A DNA stretch of 64,000 bases. It comes from a plasmid. Below, in pieces: positions 58,453 through 64,000 of this stretch. Numbering within the stretch: position 1 is the stretch's first letter; every line of letters begins with the position of its first letter. The stretch lies in the sequence record OW967251.1; one strand, given 5' to 3'. Position numbers and translations under genes: made by a program. A model generated the notes under the pieces. It was not told where the DNA came from. It worked only from the letters and a program-made list of their open reading frames with translations, and ran no database searches.

Positions 58453-59765
58453 GAAGGGCGAGGATTCCTACAGCGTTCAGACCGGAGCCTGACTCGCCTC
58501 GGTGGGTTCCTGCTTCAGCGGGCGGCCCGACTGTATCATCCCTCCACAGGCAAGCACGGCATGTCCTGCCGCTAAAATGTTACGTGCTCCGTTGATATCG
58601 GCGTTCTCGGTATAGCCGCATACCTGACACACGAATTTACTTTGCGTTTGACGGTTTTCTTTCGCCGTATGACCACAGCAGGCACAACGCTGGCTTGTGT
58701 ATGCCGGAGGTATCGCCAGTACCTGACCACCACGCCAGAGCTGCTTGTACTCAAGCTGTCTGCGCATTTCGTACCAGCCCTGATCCAGTATCGAACGGTT
58801 TAAGCCTGATTTGGCTCTGATGTTTCGTCCGGGCCGCTCTGCCGTACCTTTTGCCGATTTCGACATGTTACTGACCTTCAAGTCCTCAATGACGATCATC
58901 GCGTGGTTTTTGCTGATTTCACTGGTGACTTTGTGAAGGTAGTCGCGCCGGATATTGGCAATGTGTGAGTGCAGACGCTGGATTTTTTTCTTCTGTTTCT
59001 GCCAACTGGCACTGAATTTAACTTTGCGGCTTAACTGCCGTTGAAGCATAGCCAGCTTACGCTGGCTTGCTTTGAAGCTGTTGACTGGCTGGTATACGGT
59101 GCCATCAGAAAGCGTGGCAAGTTTCGTGACTCCGGCGTCCAAACCGACCATTGACGCTGCCTTATGAACCTGTTCAGGCACTTCGTATTCCGTCTGGATG
59201 CTAACGTACCATTTGCCGCATGACTGGATGACCGTGACGTTTTTAACTTCGCCGATGACTTCACGGCTATTGCGATAGCGTATCCAGCCCAACTTAGGAA
59301 GCGATATACGATTGTTGGTCTGATCGAGCTTCACGCCTTGCGGGCATCGTTTTGGCCGCGTTTCTTGAAACGAGGGAATGCTGCACGCTTCTGGAAGAAA
59401 TTCTTGTAGCCGCGCTCCAGATCTTTGAGCGACTGCTGCAACGGCAGTGATGGCGTGTCTTTTAGCCACTGGGTATCAGGGTGTGATTTCCACTCAATGA
59501 GCCATGAAGCCATTTTGGTGTAGGAAACATATTTGTTCCCCGCTTCATGGTTTTCGTTTTGAAGCGCCAGCGCACGGTTAAAGACGAAGCGACAAGCCCC
59601 AGCGAAGCGCCGCATATCGCGCTCCTGCTGACCATTCGGTCTTAACTGGAATTTGAAGGCTTGAAGTCGTTTCATGAGGCTATTTTAACCGAAGTTAGTC
59701 GGAAAACCGCGCCTTATATCCCCGCCCTGAAGGTCGGGGTTTTACGGCGCACTGGATAACAGGGG
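58440..59765 (-). mobile_element. IS200/IS605-family element carrying only tnpB (no tnpA).
   Basis: Sub-terminal imperfect hairpins with the shared motif CCCCGCCCTGAAGG(G/T)CG(A/G)GG lie at both ends (about 58445-58466 and 59716-59736). A tnpB gene lies between them. Confidence 0.65.
58477..59675 (-). pseudogene. tnpB: tnpB (an OrfB RNA-guided-nuclease homologue), frameshifted.
   Basis: The N-terminal segment (59331..59675, MKRLQAFKFQLRPNGQQ) and the C-terminal segment (58477..59469, with RuvC-like motifs and the zinc finger CACCGH...CQVCG) are in different frames and overlap. Confidence 0.75.
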
Positions 59766-60350
59766 CCTCTTGCCGTCCCCCAAAAACAAACGGTATGTTT
59801 ATGCGCTGTGATGATTCCCCCGGATTCTTTTTATGGTCCAGTGGTGTCTACAAAGTCAATTAATACGATAACGTGACGGACTTTCAATATGTTACCCACA
59901 CGGTTATCCCCCGTTACTGTGGATAATCAATATATTGTGTCTCTGGCAGTTGCTTTTCCTACCATATGTTGTCCCTCCCCGTTCTATTTTGTGATCGCAC
60001 AGTGTGAAAAACGACATCACAGTGGAGACGCTGCTGACGGGATGATGTTCATCCAGGGTCGTAAGATCGGCCGGTACTGGTTACCCGCCGGACGAAGGGC
60101 CGGCCAACGCGCAGCGTCGGTAGCTGGCTTTAAAAATGCCGGCGGAAACTTAAAGATTAAGCTGCATACTCTGCGAAATTTTGCAAATTTCACTCAACAT
60201 GCTTCGTTCAGATCCCAATAGAGCTTTCACCATCGCCTGTAATAGCCGCCCTGCTGCGTGATTACTCCGCTCATCGGGTTGCTGGCGACAAGCCAATACC
60301 TGTTCGTGACAGGCATTGATTGAACCGTTATCCCTAACTAATAATGTGCC

Positions 60351-61032
60351 GACGATGCAGGTGGGACCGTGGTCCCAGGCAGATAAGCTGACAGATGACG
60401 CAGGTGGGACCGTGGTCCCAGGCAGATAAGCTGACCGACGACGCAGGTGGGACCATGGTCCCAGGCAGATAACCTGACCGATGACGCAGGTGGGACCGTG
60501 GTCCCAGGGAGATAACCTGACCGGCGATACAGGTGGGACCGTGGTCCCAGGCAGATTACCTGACCGATGACGCAGGTGGGACCGTGGTCCCAGACAGATA
60601 ACCTGACCGACGACGCAGGTGGGACCGTGGTCCCAGACAGATAAGCTGACCGATGACGCAGGTGAGACCGTGGTCCCAGACAGATAAGCTGACCGATGAC
60701 GCAGGTGGGACCGTGGTCCCAGGCAGATAACCTGACCGACGACGCAGGTGGGCCCGTGGTCCCAGTCAGATAACCTGACCGATGACGCAGGTGGGACCGT
60801 GGTCCCAGACAGATTACCTGACAGATGACGCAGGTGGGACCGTGGTCCCAGACAGATTACCTGACAGATGACGCAGGTGGGACCGTGGTCCCAGACAGAT
60901 AACCTGACCGACGACGCAGGTGGGACCGTGGTCCCAGGCAGATAACCTGACCGATGACGCAGGTGAGACCGTGGTCCCAGGCAGATAACCTGACCGACGA
61001 TGCAGGTGGGACCGTGGTCCCAGAGAGAATAT
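60351..61032 (-). repeat. sopC: sopC-type partition centromere: 16 tandem 43-bp repeats.
   Basis: The unit GACGCAGGTGGGACCGTGGTCCCAGGCAGATAAGCTGACCGAT contains the inverted repeat TGGGACC-G-TGGTCCCA. The array lies immediately downstream of sopB, as in F. Confidence 0.9.
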
Positions 61033-61111
61033 TCAGGCCAGTTATGTTTTCTGGCCTGTGAGAAAGGAAATGAAGTAAAGGGAGATAACCGTAGACTAAA
61101 GCGTGTCCGCA

Positions 61112-62083
61112 TTAGACTCCTGGTTTCTCAAGCTCCTTAAGAATGGCTTCTATTTTCTCTATACACTCCGCAGGAATGCGGGACTTATCCAGGTTAAGCA
61201 CCATTTTATCGCCCTTATACAATGCTGTTGCCCCTGGAGCAAACTGATGACGTGAGCTCAGATTAACTCTTGATGCGGGAGATTGTTTCAGTACGGATGT
61301 TAAAAGACTAATGACCTCTTCAGCTTCAAAGATTAGTCCCGCTTTCTTCTGATCGTGGAGAGTCTCAGCCTGCTGCTTCAGTAATTCTTCTTTATCTGCA
61401 AAAGCCTTCTGAAGGGCTTCACCTGACCGGGCAGACAGTTCTCCAGGATGTGCAAACAGGGCAACAACGGATTTAGGCAGTTTGGCCGTATTAATACAGC
61501 GGGTAATGATCTTACGAGAAATGTTTTCCGCATCGGCAAGCGCAGAAATATTTCCTGCAAACTCATTCTGCAGCCGGCTTGTATAACGCAGGCCACGTTC
61601 ATAAGCACTCGTCGGCCGATAATCGTTACCCAGCCGGGACAATGCAGCCATCTGCTCATCGTCCAGTTCACCAACCAGAACGCGATAATCACTTTCCGTC
61701 AGGATTGCGGCTTTACGGCGACGGCTGCCGTCTGCAATTTCTATGACATCAGAAACCCGGCGGCCGAAAGCTGGAGTCTGCTGACCGGTCAGTAAAAATG
61801 AAGGTATGAGATCATCCAGAGCATCTTCGGTAAGTAGTTCCTGATCACGCTCATTTCCTGACCATACGCGTGAGGCGCTCTCAACAGAGTCTCCCCGGAG
61901 CACCTCAAGGGTAAATTTTACTTCCCGTCCACATACCGGAAGAGAGATAGCATTACCGCGGGCCATAGCACCCACGCGCGCAATTAATGAATCCACCATC
62001 GGCGCGGCCGGCGCCGGTGATGAAGTATCTTCAGTCGATTGAGTATGTGTGGTATGCCTTGGAATGACAGGGGCACGCTTCAT
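61112..62083 (-). CDS. sopB: SopB (ParB), the centromere-binding protein.
   Basis: The N-terminus [11 protein letters not shown]...[42 protein letters not shown] is near-identical to F SopB. Confidence 0.95.
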   Translation of the reverse strand: MKRAPVIPRHTTHTQSTEDTSSPAPAAPMVDSLIARVGAMARGNAISLPVCGREVKFTLEVLRGDSVESASRVWSGNERDQELLTEDALDDLIPSFLLTGQQTPAFGRRVSDVIEIADGSRRRKAAILTESDYRVLVGELDDEQMAALSRLGNDYRPTSAYERGLRYTSRLQNEFAGNISALADAENISRKIITRCINTAKLPKSVVALFAHPGELSARSGEALQKAFADKEELLKQQAETLHDQKKAGLIFEAEEVISLLTSVLKQSPASRVNLSSRHQFAPGATALYKGDKMVLNLDKSRIPAECIEKIEAILKELEKPGV

Positions 62084-63258
62084 TATCTAATCTCCCAGCG
62101 TGGTTTAATCAGACGATCAAAAATCTCATTACAAACAGGTTCCCAGATTGAAAGTGCGTTTCGCCATGCGCCGGTCGAAGAACGTTGATCAATCGCCTGT
62201 TCGAAAACGGTTCTCATGCGGATCTGGCCTTTACCAACTTCATCGGTTTCACGTACCACATTTTTAAGAACCATGCTTCCCCATGCATCGCGAATTTGTT
62301 CTTCCATCCACGGTGACTGCGAACCATTGTTATTACTGTATTTGGTAAGGAGAATACGGACATCCGGCTCAAAGCCTTTAAGATCCACATTCCTGAGCAG
62401 ATCACGAAGCATATCGAAAAACTGCAGTGCAGAAGTGTAATCGAACAGCTCTGCCGGGGTGGGAACAATCAGCACATCAGCAGCGCATACGACATTGATC
62501 GTGCCAATACCGAGGTTCGGTGCGCTGTCGATAACAATCACATCATAGTCATGAGCGACCGTTTCAATAGCAAGGCGGAGCATCAGATGCGGGTCGGTGG
62601 GCAGTTTTCCTTCATCAAATTTGCCCATCAGTTCAGTTTCAATGCGATGCAGTGCCAGGCAGGACGGAATGATATCAAGGCCAGGCCAGCAGGTTGGTTT
62701 TATCGCATAACTGGCATCATCCTTTTCACCAAGATAAAAGGGCAGGAGAGTATCTTCCGCGTGTATATGAAGATCGGGCACCCATCCGTGATACATCGAG
62801 GCTGTGCCCTGAGGATCATTACCCTCGACAAGCAGAACGCGTAATCCTTTCAGGGCCAGGTCCTGAGCCAGGTGAACAGAAACGGAGGTTTTGTAAACAC
62901 CACCTTTGTGAGCAGCAACACCAATCACCGGCGGAAACGCATCTTCAGCACGGCGCAGTCGTGTACCAAATACATCCCGCATGTGATTGATTTGCTCGAT
63001 GGTATAACCAACGCGTTGCTCAACTCTTCCACGGGTTTCCATATCAGGGTGAGGCAGCCGGCCAGCTTTCTCGGCATCCCTGATAGCCTGAGATGACACG
63101 CCAACTAAATCAGCTGCTTCACCAATCCTCCAGCGCCGGGTTATTTTCCGGGCTTCCGGACTGTCATCATTAAACTGCGCAATGGCGATTGCTTTCGTCA
63201 TTTCATGACCAGCACTTATGCACTGGTTGAGTGTATCCATGAGTCCCATACTGAACAT
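62083..63258 (-). CDS. sopA: SopA (ParA), the Walker-type partition ATPase.
   Basis: Near-identical to F SopA ([37 protein letters not shown]). 391 aa. Confidence 0.95.
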   Translation of the reverse strand: MFSMGLMDTLNQCISAGHEMTKAIAIAQFNDDSPEARKITRRWRIGEAADLVGVSSQAIRDAEKAGRLPHPDMETRGRVEQRVGYTIEQINHMRDVFGTRLRRAEDAFPPVIGVAAHKGGVYKTSVSVHLAQDLALKGLRVLLVEGNDPQGTASMYHGWVPDLHIHAEDTLLPFYLGEKDDASYAIKPTCWPGLDIIPSCLALHRIETELMGKFDEGKLPTDPHLMLRLAIETVAHDYDVIVIDSAPNLGIGTINVVCAADVLIVPTPAELFDYTSALQFFDMLRDLLRNVDLKGFEPDVRILLTKYSNNNGSQSPWMEEQIRDAWGSMVLKNVVRETDEVGKGQIRMRTVFEQAIDQRSSTGAWRNALSIWEPVCNEIFDRLIKPRWEIR

Positions 63259-63539
63259 CCTTTAATCATCACTTTGCATTATTTTATTAAATCTTGGAAT
63301 TTATTGCAAAGCAACAATAAAAACGCAAAGTGCACGAAAAAGTGCAAAGTGAACCGCATTGGGTGATGCAAAGACCGCAGGGGAGTACAAAAGAGTACAT
63401 ACCGCAGCCAATATTAATCACTGCCGCTCGCCGCAGTAAGCGATCTCACGGAGTGAGAAAGCGGCGAGGAAGCGGAAAATCACAGAATTCACAGATTGCA
63501 CGTACGTCGGGTTGCTTAAGATGGCTCGGGATCAGCCAG

Positions 63540-64000
63540 TTATAATGAAATTGACTGCGATATGTAATATATTGACTGTGGCATGATACTTACTGTATCT
63601 GTGTCGAGAAAGAGGAAAGACGACTCAGCATACCGCAGTCAATGTTTCATTGTTGTACCTGTAGATCTCAATCTTCCAGAGCGTATTCAGGAAAATCAGG
63701 CCAGGGTTCTGGATACCTGGTGTGGCGCTTCCGGCCTTGTATCTGAGTTATTCAAGGTCTCGATCCAATAATTGATCCCAAGGAGATCATAGTGAGATCC
63801 AAAAGAGATCCCCGGATCGCTCCAGCATGCGCTGTAACTGGCTTTAACGTCTGTCTGGATCGACTGCGGAATGTAAAATGTTGACTGTTATATGCATAAT
63901 CTAATACTGTGATATGCAACGGTATTTACTGAGGTATGTATATCCGTTGACTGCGATACGTATTACTACATCCTTTTGTGGATAACCGTTGAGGATCAAG
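63540..64000 (+). repeat. Iteron-like direct repeats plus a DnaA box. This is the edge of a replication-origin/incC-like region upstream of sopA.
   Basis: The TTGACTG(C/T)G motif occurs at least 4 times (about 63551, 63572, 63885, 63947). A perfect DnaA box, TTATCCACA, lies on the reverse strand at about 63975-63985. Confidence 0.4.

Noticed and set aside
59889-60221. A 110-aa plus-strand ORF between the insertion sequence and sopC.
   Set aside because: No ribosome-binding site, and the composition is unremarkable. It overlaps a DnaA-box-like site and the first sopC repeat, so it is probably non-coding.
60351-61032. Tandem repeats considered as a CRISPR array.
   Set aside because: The repeats are contiguous with no unique spacers. 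The unit carries the sopC-type inverted repeat and the array lies directly downstream of sopAB, so it is a centromere.
60150-61112. A 320-aa ORF whose protein consists of repeating WDHGPTCVVGQVICLGPRSHLRHRSG units.
   Set aside because: It is a translation artefact of the 16 tandem 43-bp sopC centromere repeats. It has no independent coding signal.

Overview
This window is a large piece of an F-like (IncF-type) conjugative plasmid, probably from Klebsiella or another Enterobacteriaceae host, and almost everything lies on the minus strand. Identification rests on recognisable protein sequences and F-plasmid synteny, not on a database search.

Left edge (1..3500): a partial colicin/klebicin-like bacteriocin gene with a colE1-style double SOS operator.

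Transfer region (2858..37144): a near-complete tra operon, from finO, traX and traI at the low end to traM at the high end. Between traV and traC, where F carries only traR, sits an AT-rich ~2.5 kb island of seven small membrane or periplasmic proteins, and traR is absent. This island is my best candidate for an undescribed accessory module.

oriT (37214..37560): an F-type nic motif and TraM-site-like palindromes. The plus strand of the window is the transferred strand.

Leading region (37566..~54400), standard leading-region/anti-defence gene content:
- lytic transglycosylase (gene X/orf169-like) and a DUF932 protein;
- a truncated HsdM-like pseudo-methyltransferase and a small SAM-dependent methyltransferase;
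- psiB, psiA, a ParB-like nuclease-domain protein and ssb;
- klcA/ardB, plus many small hypotheticals;
- four copies of a ~560-650 bp GC-rich structured repeat, one ahead of each gene block, which I read as Frpo/ssi-like single-strand promoters;
- a distinct long imperfect hairpin upstream of klcA.

Right end (54455..64000):
- a group II intron (reverse transcriptase/maturase) inserted 1-2 nt from a perfect LexA box of a umuDC-like operon;
- a Phd/YefM-like antitoxin gene with an in-frame TGA, truncated by an IS200/IS605 element that carries only a frameshifted tnpB;
- the F-type partition locus sopA-sopB with a 16 x 43 bp sopC centromere;
- the edge of an iteron/DnaA-box origin region.
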